This document shows, in pieces, positions 22,766 to 32,839 of a stretch of 35,158 nucleotides of DNA (its first letter is position 1; each line of letters begins with the position of its first letter). The position numbers and the translations under genes were made by a program. Source of the DNA: Malacoraja senta. Lineage: Eukaryota. The notes under the pieces are model-generated. The model made no database searches. It was given only the letters and a program-made list of their open reading frames with translations, and had not been told where the DNA came from. The DNA is taken from positions 1-35,158 of the forward strand of contig JAXLNO010000435.1 in assembly GCA_038087875.1 (NCBI GenBank). Direction: 5' to 3'.

Positions 22766-23069
22766 ATTAGTTTAGTTTGGAGATACAGCGCGGAGACAGG
22801 CCCTTCGGCCCACCGAGTCCGTGCCGACCAGCGATCCCCCATACACACTAACACTACCCTGCACATACATTTTACAATTTTTTTTACCGAAGCCAATTAG
22901 CCTACAAACCCTGTACGCTTTTGGATGCGGGAGGAAACTGGAGCTCCCTGAGAAAGCACACGCGGGTCACGGGGAGAACGTACAAACTCCGTACAGACAG
23001 CACCCATAGTTGGGATCGAACCTGGGTCTCTGACGCTGTGAGGCTGCAACTCTACCGCTGCGCCACTGT
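22766..23069 (-). mobile_element. V-SINE, full length
   Basis: Tail ttagtttagtttggagatacagcgcgg through head ctctaccgctgcgccactgtg. Confidence 0.85.
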
Positions 23070-23360
23070 GAAGAGAAAAAGAGTGGGAGAGAGGGCGGGA
23101 GAGAGAGAGTGAGAGAGAGATAAAGAGAGTGGGAGAATGGGAGGGGGAGAGAAAGGGAGAGAGAGAGAGGGAGAGACAGAGAAAGAGGGCGAGAAAGAGA
23201 GGGAGTGGGAGATAGGGAGAAAGATAGAGGAGACAGAAAGAGAGGGAGATAGAGGAGAGAGCAGAAAGAGAGGGAGAAAGAGAGACAGTGGAGAGGGAAA
23301 TTGAGAAATAGAAAGAGGCAGAGAGAGGTCGAGAGAAAGAAAGGGAGTACGAAAGAGAGG

Positions 23361-23399
<39 letters not shown>

Positions 23400-23460
23400 C
23401 AAGAAAAAGATTGAGAGAGAGAATGAAGAGATAGTTAGAGAGAGATAGCTTGATTAAGAG

Positions 23461-23500
<40 letters not shown>

Positions 23501-23570
23501 GGAGAGAGAAAGAGAAATAGAAAGAAAAAGTGTGAGAGAGAAAAAGAGAGAAAGAGAGGAAGAGAGAGAA

Positions 23571-23601
<31 letters not shown>

Positions 23602-23780
23602 AAGAGAGAGAGAGAGAGATGGAGCGAGAGATGGAGAGATGGTGAGAGAGATAGAGAGATAGAGAGATAGAGAGATAGAGAGAGCAAGAGAGAGAGATAG
23701 AGAGAGATAGAGAGAAAGAGAGAGAGAGAGAGAGAGATAGAGAGAGAGAGATAGAGAGAGACAGAGAGGAACAGAGACAA
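23070..23780 (+). repeat. (GA)n-rich polypurine tract with (TA)n insert
   Basis: Direct inspection. Confidence 0.95.
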
Positions 23781-23809
23781 AGGTGGTTATGAATGGTTGC
23801 TAATTATAG

Positions 23810-24590
23810 TGATACAGCAAAGAAACAGGCCCTTCGGCCCACAGGGTCCATGCCGACCATCAACAACACACTTACTCTTTACTTTAATCCTATATTTTAT
23901 TCTCCCCACATTCCCATAAATTCTCCCCCAGCTTCCACCCCTCACCCACACACCAGGGAGCCATTATCCCACCCACCCCGCACGTCTTTGGAACGTGGGA
24001 GGAAACCGGAGCACCCGGAGGAAACCCACGCGGTCACAGGGAGAACGTGCAAACTCCGTACAGACAGACACACACACACACAGACTCACATGCAGATAAA
24101 TACACAGACACAGTGACACACATACATACATACATAGACATACAGATACACACAGACATACGTACACACACACACAGACATACATACACACAAACACATA
24201 GACACACACAGACATACATACACACAGACATACCCACATAGACATACGTATATACAGGCATACACACACAAGCATACACACAAACACACACAAGCATACA
24301 CAGACATACATACACACATACATACAAACACATAGACACACACAGACATACATACACACACAGACATACACACATAGACATACGTACACACACACAGGCA
24401 TACATACACAAACACACGGACATACACACACAGACATATACACACAAACATACATACACATAGACACACACACAGACATACATACACAGATGCACACACA
24501 CAGATAGACACATATAGACAAACACACACACACAGCGCTGGAGGTGGGGATGGTACCTGGGTCTCCAGCGCCGTGAGGCAGCGGCTCACC
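23810..24590 (-). mobile_element. V-SINE with ~470-bp (CA)-rich expansion (24062-24535)
   Basis: gagaacgtgcaaactccgtacagacaga[CA-rich]cagcgc...gggtctccagcgccgtgaggcagc. Confidence 0.8.
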
Positions 24591-24594
24591 GTCA

Positions 24595-24785
24595 GCCGCC
24601 TCAATGTGCCCCGTGTTCCCGTGACAACTGAAGAGCGAATCGCCGACGAGCCCGGGAAACGCAGGCTGCCCATGCGCCGATCCCACTAGGCCCCGTCGTC
24701 ATGGCGACGGCAGAGGGGAGCAAAGATTATAGATACTCCTCTAGTATCTTTGGAGGGGAGGAGGCCTCGGGAGGGCGGGAGTTAT
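24595..24785. promoter_or_regulatory. CpG-rich patch with two RFX X-box-like motifs and a GC box
   Basis: GTTCCCGTGACAAC 24615-24628; GTCGTCATGGCGAC 24695-24708; GAGGGCGGGA about 24771-24780; CpG-dense unique sequence between a SINE and a CR1. Confidence 0.45.
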
Positions 24786-24789
24786 CGAG

Positions 24790-25430
24790 TCACACAGCGT
24801 GGAAACCTTCGGCCCAACTTGCCCACACCGGCCAACATGTCCCAGTTACACTAGTCCCACCTGCCCGCATTTGGTCCATATCCCTCCAAACCTGTCCAAT
24901 CCATGTACCTGTCTAAACGTTGGGATAGTCCCAGCCTCAACTACCTCCTCTGGCATCTCATTCCATACACCCACCACCCTTTGTATGGAAAAAGTTACCC
25001 CTCAGGTTCCTATTGAATCTTTTTCCCCTTCACCTTGAACCTATGTTCTCTGGTCCTCGATTCCACCTACTCTGGGCAAGATTCTGTGCGTCTACCCGAT
25101 CTATTCCTCTCATGATTTTGTACACCTCTATAAGATCACCCCTCATCCACCTGCACTCCATGGAATAGAGTCCCAGCCTGCTCAACCTCTCCCTGTAGCT
25201 CAGGCCCTCGAAGTACTGGCAACATCCTCGTAAATCTTCTCTGCACTCTTTTAAACTTAACATCTTTCCTTTAACATGGTGACCAAAACTGAACACAATA
25301 CTCGAAATGCGGCCTCACCAATGTCTTATACAACTGCAACACGACCTCCCAACTTCTATACTCAATATTCTGACCGATGAAGGCCAATTTGCTGAAAGCC
25401 TTTTTGACCACCCTATCTACCTGCGACTAT
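24790..25430 (-). mobile_element. CR1 3' fragment
   Basis: FEGLSYRERLSRLGLYSME.R.MRGDLIEVYKIMRGIDRVD. Confidence 0.88.
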
Positions 25431-25457
25431 ACTAGACTTTATCTTGCATTAAACATT

Positions 25458-25907
25458 TAGCGCAGGCTTGGCGATCACTTCGCCCAACAGCTCCGCACAG
25501 TTCGCATTAACCAACCTGATCTCCCGGTGGCTCAGCACTTCAACTCCCCCTCCCATTCCAAATCCAACCTTTCTGTCCTGGGCCTCCTCCATGGCCAGAG
25601 TGAGTCCCACCGCAAATTGGAGGAGCAGTACCTCATATTTCGCTTGGGTAGTTTACACCCCAGCGGTATGAACATTGACTTCTCCAATTTCAGGTAGTCC
25701 CTGCTTTCTCCTCCCCTTCCCAGCTCTCCCACAGCCCACTGCCTCCGCCTCTTCCTTTCTTCTTCCCGCCCCCACATCAGTCTGAAGGGTCTCGACCCGA
25801 AACGTCACCCATTCCTTCGCTCCATAGATGCTGCCTCACCCACTGAGTTTCTCCAGCATTTTTGTCTACCTTCGATTTTTCCAGCATCTGCAGTTCTTTC
25901 TTAAACA
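25458..25907 (+). mobile_element. Penelope 3' fragment (GIY-YIG C-terminus plus pLTR)
   Basis: Near-identical to the reverse complement of 3110-3545. Confidence 0.88.
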
Positions 25908-26135
25908 TTCCCTTCATCCTGTTCACTGGACGTTATATCTTGCACTAAACGTTATTCCCTTTCATTCTGTATCTGTACACTTAACCCTTTCAAGATGGCC
26001 GACATCCTCCCTGTAACACGGTGCCCGGAACTGAACACAGTACTGTAAATGCGGCCTCGCCAACGTCATATGTAACTGTGCAACGTGACAGAGGGTGGTT
26101 CATCCAGGGGCGTAACTTGTGTCTGCATGGTCTAG

Positions 26136-26239
26136 GATGGGAGCATTGTCCACCACACCGCACAAGGGCAAGAAAGAGAGGCCGAGTGCTAAAATCATGG
26201 ACGTTGAGGACGATGAAAACCTCCCTCAGGTTGACAAAG
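26136..26239 (+). CDS. PPP1R2: PPP1R2-like exon 4 (MGALSTTPHKGKKERPSAKIMDVEDDENLPQVDK)
   Basis: Non-repeat island; acceptor ggtctag; donor AAAG|gtgagc. Phase 2 in and phase 1 out joins exons 3 and 5 in frame. Acidic EDDENLP resembles I-2 EEDSDLS; otherwise divergent. Confidence 0.7.
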
Positions 26240-26574
26240 GTGAGCCATCATCTCCGCCCCCTCCCCCCCCCCAAAATGGGGGGGACCACCGTTCCGAACC
26301 CCCTCAGTAACTTGCTCCCCCAACCCCCCCCCCCCCGACTCTAATCCACTCTACGGATGGGTGAGGGAGATGGGGGAGAAAGCAGGAACATGATTGAACA
26401 GCGGAGTAGACTTATGAAGAACATGTCGGTCCACTCCAGAGTAGACAGGGTGGCAGAGAAAGGGCCGTCAGGCATGCTTGCCTTCATCGGTCAGGGCACT
26501 GAGGATAAGAGCCAGGATGTCATTTTAAAGCTCGATAGGACTTTAGTCAGGCCGCATTTGGAGTATTGCGTGCG

Positions 26575-26869
26575 AGTTTAGTTTAGTTTGGAGATACAGC
26601 GCGGAAACAGGCCCTTCGGTCCACGCCGACCAGCGATCCCCGCACACTAACACCATCCTACACACACCAGGGGCAATTTTCTACATTGATACCGAGCCGA
26701 TTAACCTGCAAACCCGCACGTCTTTGGAGTGTGGGAGGAAACCGGAGAATTCCCACGCAGGTCACGGGGAGAACGTGCAAACTCCGCACAGACAGCATCC
26801 ATAGTCAGGATCGAACCCGGGTCTCTGGCGTTGTAGAGCAGCAACTCTACCAACTGCGCCACCCTGCCA
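26575..26869 (-). mobile_element. V-SINE, full length
   Basis: Tail to head as in the 22766 copy. Confidence 0.85.
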
Positions 26870-27028
26870 CCCATGGAACATTGGAGACTTGATAAAAGTA
26901 TGTAAAATTATAAAAGGCCTGGATTATAAAGATGCCAGGATTAGGGGATTTTAGCTACAGGCAGGGGTTGGACACATTTGGATTGTTTTCTCTGGAAAAG
27001 CAGAGGTTGGGGAAGACCTGAGAGAAGA

Positions 27029-27312
27029 CAGCACGCTGGCGCAGCGGGTAGAGCTGCTGCCTCACAGCGCCGGAGACCCGGGTTCGATCCTGACTACCGA
27101 TGCTGTCTGTACGGAGTTTGTACCTTCTCCCCGTGAGTTTATCCCCAAGTGCTCCGGTTTCCTCCCACATCCCAAAGACGCACAGGTTTGTAGGTTAACT
27201 GGCTTTGGTAAAAATTGTCTCCAATGTATAGGATGATGTCAATGTACGGGTGATCGCTGGCCAGCATGGACTTGGTGGGCCGAAGGGCCTGTTTCCACAC
27301 TAAATGTCTAAA
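27029..27312 (+). mobile_element. V-SINE, full length
   Basis: ggcgcagcgggtagagctgctgcctcacagcgccggagacccgggttcgatcc...gggccgaagggcctgtttcc. Confidence 0.85.
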
Positions 27313-27314
27313 CA

Positions 27315-28940
27315 AAAAGATGAGGGGGGACCGCATTGAAACTGACCGAATAGTGAAAGGTCTGGATAAGAGTGTATGTGGAGAGGATGTTTCCACTAGT
27401 GGGAGATTCTAGGACCAGAGGGAGCAGCCTCAAAATATAAAGACGTACTCTATCTTTAGAATGGAGACAAGGAGGAATTTCTTAGCCAGATGATGGTGAA
27501 TCTGTGGAATCCATTGCCACAGGCGGCTGTGGAGATCAAGTCATTGGGTAGTTTTAAAGTGGCGATTGATAGGTTCTTGTATGGGTGTCATGGGTTATGG
27601 TGAGAAGGCAGGGGAATGGGGTTGAGAGGGAAAGATAGATCAGCCATGACTGAATGGCAGAGCATATTCAATGGGCCGAATGGCCTCGTTCTACTCCTAT
27701 GTCTTATGGTCTTATGATGTGGATGCTTTGGAAAGGGTGTAGAGGGTTTTTACCAGAATGATGTCCAGATTAAACGGTTTTATCCACAAGCAGAGGTTGG
27801 GGGGAGACCTAATAGTCATGAAATATTATTGGAGGGCTAAATATGGTAGATAGTTAGGACCTTTTTCACAGGATGGGTGGCACCGTGACACAGCGGTAGA
27901 CTTGTTGCCTTACAGCAGCAGAGACTCGGGTTTGGTCCTGACTCCGGGTACTGTCTGTACGGAGTTTGCACGTACTCCCTGTGACTGCGTGGGTTTTCTC
28001 CGGGTGCTTCGGTTCCCTCCCACACTCCATAGACAATAGACAAAAGGTGCAGGAGTAGGCCACACGGCCCTTCAAGCCAGCACCGCCATTCAATGTGATC
28101 ATGGCTGATCATCCACAATCAGTACCTCGTTCCTGCCTTCTCCCCATATCCCCTGACTCCGCTATCTTCAAGAGCCCTATCTAGCTCTCTCTCCACCGCC
28201 CTCTGAGGTAGAGAATTCCAGACTCACAACTCTGTGTGAAATAGTGTTTCCTCATCTCCGTTCTAAATGGCTTGCCCCTTATTCTTAAACTGTGGCCCCT
28301 GGTTCTGGACTCCCCCAACATCGGGAACATGTTTCCTGCCTCTAACATGTCCAAACCCTTAATAATCTTATATGTTTCAATAAGATACCCTCTCATCCTT
28401 CTAAATTCCAGAGTATACAAGCCCAGCCGCTCCATTCTCTCAGCATATGACAGTCCCGCCATTCCGGGAATTAACCTTGTGAACCTACGCTGCACTCCCT
28501 CAATAGCAAGAATACAGACCTGCAGGTTTGTAGGTTGATTGGTTCCCGTAAAAATAAACCTGGCCTTTCCATGTACCTGCCTCAACTACCTCCTCATACA
28601 CCCACCACCCTTTGTGTAAAAAAGGTTACCCCTCAGTTTCCTATTAAATCTTTCTCCCCTCATCTTAAACCTATGTCCTCTGATTCTCGATTCCCCTGCT
28701 CTCATCCTTCTCCCTTTAGCTCAGTCCCCCGAGTCCTGGCAACATCCTCGTAAATCTTCACTGTACCCTTTCCAGCTTGACAACACCTTTGCTATAACAT
28801 GGTGACCAAAACTGAACACGATACTCTGAATGCGGCCTCACCAACATCTTATACAACTGCAACTTGACCTTCCAACTTCCATACCAAATACTCTGACTGA
28901 TGAAGGCCAATGTGTCAAAAGCCTTTTTGACCACCCTAAC
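27315..28940. mobile_element. CR1 fragments (27315-27830 +; 28027-28512 -; 28565-28940 -) and a split V-SINE (27875-28027)
   Basis: ORF 28181-28585 ILAIEGVQRRFTRLIPGMAGLSYAERMERLGLY; LYKMLVRPHSEYRVQFWSP. Confidence 0.85.
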
Positions 28941-29059
28941 CTTGAAATACTGTGAGCCATTTTGGGCCCCGTATCTGAGGAAGGCCTCAGATACGGGGCC
29001 CAAAATGGCACAGAATTTCAAATGCAGCCTGACCAGCGCCTAATAGAGCCTCAGCATAA

Positions 29060-29200
29060 CGAATGAATGAATGAATAAGTTTATTGGCCAAGTATTCACA
29101 TACAAGGAATTTGCCTTGGTGCTCCGCCCGCAAGTGACAACATGACATACAGTGACAGTTAAGAATGATACATAAAACATTAATAATAAAACATTATTGA
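29060..29200 (-). mobile_element. LINE 3' tail with (ATTC)n end; second copy at 32004-32170
   Basis: Shared caaggaatttgccttggtgctccgc.c.caagtgacaacatgacatacagtgaca. Confidence 0.6.
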
Positions 29201-29249
29201 AAAACATCCGTTTTTGTATACAAGCCCTCTCGAAATAATTCCCGCTGCC

Positions 29250-30045
29250 ATTTTTGACAGCCGTCTTCACTATCGACAGTATCACCCACTTTTGTATCAT
29301 CTACAAACTTGCTAATCTGGCCGCATACATTCTCATCTAAATCATTGCTATAGATGACAAACAGCAATGGGCCCAGCACCGAACCCTGAAGGGCCTGTTC
29401 CACTTGGGCGATCTAATCCGCGAGTTCTGGCGAGTTTGCCCTCGACTCATACTCGCAGCATGGTCGACACGAGGTCCTAGGAGGTCTTCGTAACTCTCCT
29501 TCATGCTCGAGAGTAGTCTCCGCGTAATCGAAGCCTCAGCTAGGTCGCGGCGTTTTTTCCCAATATGTTAAAAAATGGCCGCGAGTAAAAAAAGGTCGCC
29601 GTGGAAAAAATCGATACATTTTTTACTCGTAGGTTTAGTCATAATAGGTCGTAGTAGGTTGGCATGTTAGTCGTAGGTAATCGAGGGTAGTCGAAGGAGG
29701 TCGTAGATAGTCTTCATCATAGTCGAAGGGAGGTCGAAGGAGATCGAAGGAGGTCGTCTTCACTCTCCACTATTCGGTGTCCAATTTTCCCGATGTTAGT
29801 CGTAGCTAGTCGAAGCTGGTCTTCAACATAGTTCAAGGAGGTTGAAGGAGGTCTTCAACATGTCATTTTTTCAAATTCTTCTAAACTCGCCAATTAGGTC
29901 GCCCAAGTGGGATAGCCCCTTGAGGCACACCACTAGTCGCAGGCCTCCTGTCCGAGACGCCATCACCCTCTGCTTCCTTCCATGAAGCCAATTTTCTATC
30001 CATTCAGCTATCTCCCCTGGGCTCCCATGGGATCTAACCATCCAG
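29250..30045 (-). mobile_element. CR1 RT-domain fragment (host of the MITE)
   Basis: WIENWLHGRKQRV ... QGSVLGPLLFVIY.NDLDE...ISKFVDDTK. Confidence 0.85.
29390..29920. mobile_element. PIF/Harbinger-like MITE, 531 bp, 3-bp TGA TSD, inserted in a CR1 RT fragment
   Basis: TIRs AGGGCCTGTTCCACTTGGGCGATCTAAT / ATTAGGTCGCCCAAGTGGGATAGCCCCT; TGA at 29387-29389 and 29921-29923; removal restores CR1 GVPQGSVLGP on the minus strand. Confidence 0.88.
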
Positions 30046-30148
30046 AGCTCGGTAATGTTCAAGGAAAATTGAAAATAGTTCAATTGAAATAGTTCAATTA
30101 ACAAAGTTCGTTCATGTTCGCAAATGATAGGAGCCGGGTTATCAAGGA

Positions 30149-30553
30149 CAGCACAGTGGCGCAGCGGGTAGAGCTGCTGCCTCACAGTGCCAGAGACCAG
30201 GGTTCGATCCTGACCACGGGTACTGTCTGTACGGAGTTTGTACGTTCTCCCCGTGACTTGTGTGGGTTTTTTTCCGGGATCTCCAGTTTCCTCCCACACT
30301 CCAAAGTGCACTTTAACCACATGTGATTTTTTCTATTACAAATCTCAAATTGTGGAGTACAAAGGCAAATAAATAAACGATGGGTCTTTGTCCCAAACAT
30401 TATGGAGGGCACTGTAAGTGGCTTGGTATAAATGTATGCTGTCCCTAGTGCGTGTATGTGGGATAGTGTTAGTGTGCGGGATTGCTGGTCGGCGGGGACT
30501 CGGTGGGCCGAGGGGCCTGTTTCCGTGCTGCATCTTTAAACTAAACAAACCTA
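30149..30553 (+). mobile_element. V-SINE with internal insertion
   Basis: Head at 30149, V domain, tail gggcctgtttccgtgctgcatctttaaactaaa. Confidence 0.82.
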
Positions 30554-30901
30554 AAATCTACTCCGCCATTCAATCACGGCTGATCTATCTCTCCCTCCGA
30601 ACCCATTCTCCTGCCTTCTCCCCACAACTCCCGACACCCGAACTAATCAAGAATCTGGTCTATCTCGGCCGTAAAAATATCCACTGACTTGGCCTCCACA
30701 GCCGTCTGTGGCAAAGAATTCCACAGATTCACCACCCTCTGTTCATATTGAATGGCGGTGCTGGCTCGAAGGGCCGAATGGCCTACTCCTGCGCCTATTT
30801 TCTATGAATTCCGCAGATTCACGTTGTCGGGCGTCTTTGTATCGTTTTATCGGCCGGGGAATTTATTTCTCGTTTCTTTCCCTCTCTTCCCGCCCCCACA
30901 G

Positions 30902-31017
30902 AAAGGAAGCGGCAGTTTGAAATTCGACGGAGGCAGATTTACGATGAGGGCGGAACATAAAGCGGGCGCGGGAACTGATCGCCCGGGAGGATCAGGATGA
31001 CCACGAGGATTCCGACT
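30902..31017 (+). CDS. PPP1R2: PPP1R2-like exon 5 (ERKRQFEIRRRQIYDEG/NIKRARELIAREDQDDHEDSD), 1-nt frameshift
   Basis: Long polypyrimidine tract plus cacag acceptor. Matches I-2 EKKRQFEMKRKLHYNEGLNIKLARQLI only if one base is restored at about 30952; otherwise TAA at 30958. Consensus donor T|gtgagt at 31018. Confidence 0.88.
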
Positions 31018-31124
31018 GTGAGTAGTGTCTACCACCACCCCCCCCGATACTCCCCCCCACCCCCCCCCCCCCACACACACACACACGGGGGAATGTCTGC
31101 ACACTGACCCTGACAGCAAGAGGG

Positions 31125-31820
31125 GCAGCAGGGCAGAGCGGGGGGAGAGAGGTGGGGAGAAGGGGAGGGAGAGGGGAGAGGGAGGGGGAGAAGGGGGGAG
31201 AGAAGAGGGAGGCAGAGGGGTGGGGAGAGAGAGGAGAGGAAGGGAGAGAGGGGTGGAGAGAGAGATGGGGAGAGAGGGTGGGAGGCAGGGAGGGGAGAGA
31301 GAGAGAGTGGGGGCAGGGGGAGATAGAGCGAGAGAGTGAGAGGGAGGTCAGAAAGAGAGAGGGGAATAGTGAGGGTGAGGGAGAAAGATGAGACAGATGG
31401 AGAGAAGAGGGGAGAGAGAGAGAGAGGAGAGAGAGAGAGGGGGGGGTAGGGAAGGGAGGAGAGGGGAGAGAGGGGTGGTGAGAGAGATGGGGAGAGAGAG
31501 GGAGGCAGGGAGGGGAGAGACATAGAGAGGGGGGAGAGGGGAGAGGAGGGGAGAGAGAGGGTGGGTAAGGGAGAGAGGGGGGAGTTGGGGAGAGAGGGAG
31601 GGAGAGGGAGAGAGGGGGAGATGGGGAGAGGGAGGAGATGGGGAAGAGGAGGCAGAGGGGTGGGGAGAGAGAGGGGTGAGAGGGGTGGAGAGAGAGGTTG
31701 GGGAGAGAGAGAGGGGAGCAGGGAGGGAGAGAGAGGGCGAGGAGGAGAGAGGGAGGAAGTGAGAGAGACAGAGAGAGGAGAGAGAGAGGGGTGGAGAGAG
31801 GGGAAGGGGGAGAGAGAGGG
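31125..31820 (+). repeat. G/A-rich polypurine low-complexity tract
   Basis: Direct inspection; many GGG runs. Confidence 0.95.
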
Positions 31821-32169
31821 AACACATACTCCCCATGGGAGAGACTGACACACCAGTCTCTATACTACAATGTAAGGCCGAGAGGGGGGTACAGATATCA
31901 CCCTCAATGATAACTGAGAGAAATCTGTACAAATATCCTCCTGAGAAAGATGTAGCCATGGACAGTGGCCTGATATCTCCCTGAGAGACTGAGAGAACAC
32001 AATTGAATGAATGTATAAGCTTATTGACCAAGTATGTTCACAAACAAGGAATTTGCCTTGGTGCTCCGCTCACAAGTGACAACATGACATACAGTGACAA
32101 TTAAGAATGACACATAAAACTTTAAACATTAATAATAAAACATTATCGATTAAACATGTGAATTAAATT

Positions 32170-32640
32170 AAAGAGAAATGAGGGGAGAGAGAGGGGTAAG
32201 AGAGAAAAGAAAATGAGCGAGAGGGAGGGGGGTAGAGACTTAGATACCTCGCTGAGAGAGAGAGAGAGAGAGAGGGGGAGGGAGAGAGAGAAAGAGCGAG
32301 AGAGGGGGGAGAGAGAGAGGGAGAGCGAGAGAGAGAGAGAGACAGAGAAATAGAGAACGAGAGAGAGAAAGAGATCGAGAGAAAAAGTGAGAGAGAGAAA
32401 GAGCGAGAGAGAAAGAGAGAACGAGAGAGGGGAGAGAGAACGAACGAAAGAGAGGGGGGGAGAGAGAGAGGGAGAGAGAGAGAGAATGAGACAGAGGGAG
32501 AGATAGAGAACGAGAGAGAGAAAGAGAGAACGAGAGCGAGAAAGAGATAGAGAGAACGAGAGAGAATGAGAGATAGAGAAAGAGAGACTGAGAGACAGAG
32601 AGAACGAGAGAGAGAAAGAGAGAATGAGAGAGAGAGAATT
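32170..32640 (+). repeat. (GA)n-rich tract
   Basis: Direct inspection. Confidence 0.95.
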
Positions 32641-32839
32641 GAGTGAACTTGTTTAATGTGCAGTCATCTCCCTGTGAGAGAGGAACAGACTCTGAGGTAA
32701 ACACAGGCTGCTGGAGCAACTGAGCGGGCCGGGCAGCATCCGTGGAGGTAGGTAGATAGTATATGCGTTTCGGGTGGGGATGATGGGGTAGAGAGAGGGG
32801 TGGGTGATGGTTGGTGGGGGGAGAATGATCCCGGGGATG

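Larger units (their letters stand above)
9505..31017 (+). pseudogene. PPP1R2: PPP1R2-like (PP1 inhibitor-2 family) gene, 5 exons seen, with premature stop and frameshift
   Basis: Spliced reading: MDKPVKSILKKASSSDLLKGRRPSEDDS-QKKSQSWDEMNIIATYKPVGKD*GHMTINEAKTPYR-HNTDDEAGSSTGPGFNMEELRAR-MGALSTTPHKGKKERPSAKIMDVEDDENLPQVDKE-RKRQFEIRRRQIYDEG(fs)NIKRARELIAREDQDDHEDSD. Contains the I-2 hallmarks SILK, KSQxW-DEMNI.ATY, TPY and the KRQFE..R..Y.EG.NIK.AR.LI helix. Introns 1-4 are GT-AG; donor phases are 2,2,2,1,1. TAA at 14745-14747; 1-nt loss near 30952. Confidence 0.85.

Noticed and set aside
24701..24790. ORF MATAEGSKDYRYSSSIFGGEE resembling I-2 exon 4 (AAAEGLEPKYR...SSGEE)
   Set aside because: The nearest AG (24688-24689) gives the wrong frame for a phase-2 junction and there is no suitable donor; 26136-26239 fits both phases.
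27029..27100. tRNA genes
   Set aside because: A- and B-box sequences are SINE heads followed by a V domain; no complete cloverleaf.
30992..32031. Long Pro/Ser/Leu- and Gly/Glu/Arg-rich ORFs (227-277 aa)
   Set aside because: Read-through of polypurine low-complexity DNA; the same applies to ORFs over 15740-16330, 23050-24690, 32240-32720 and 33960-34800.
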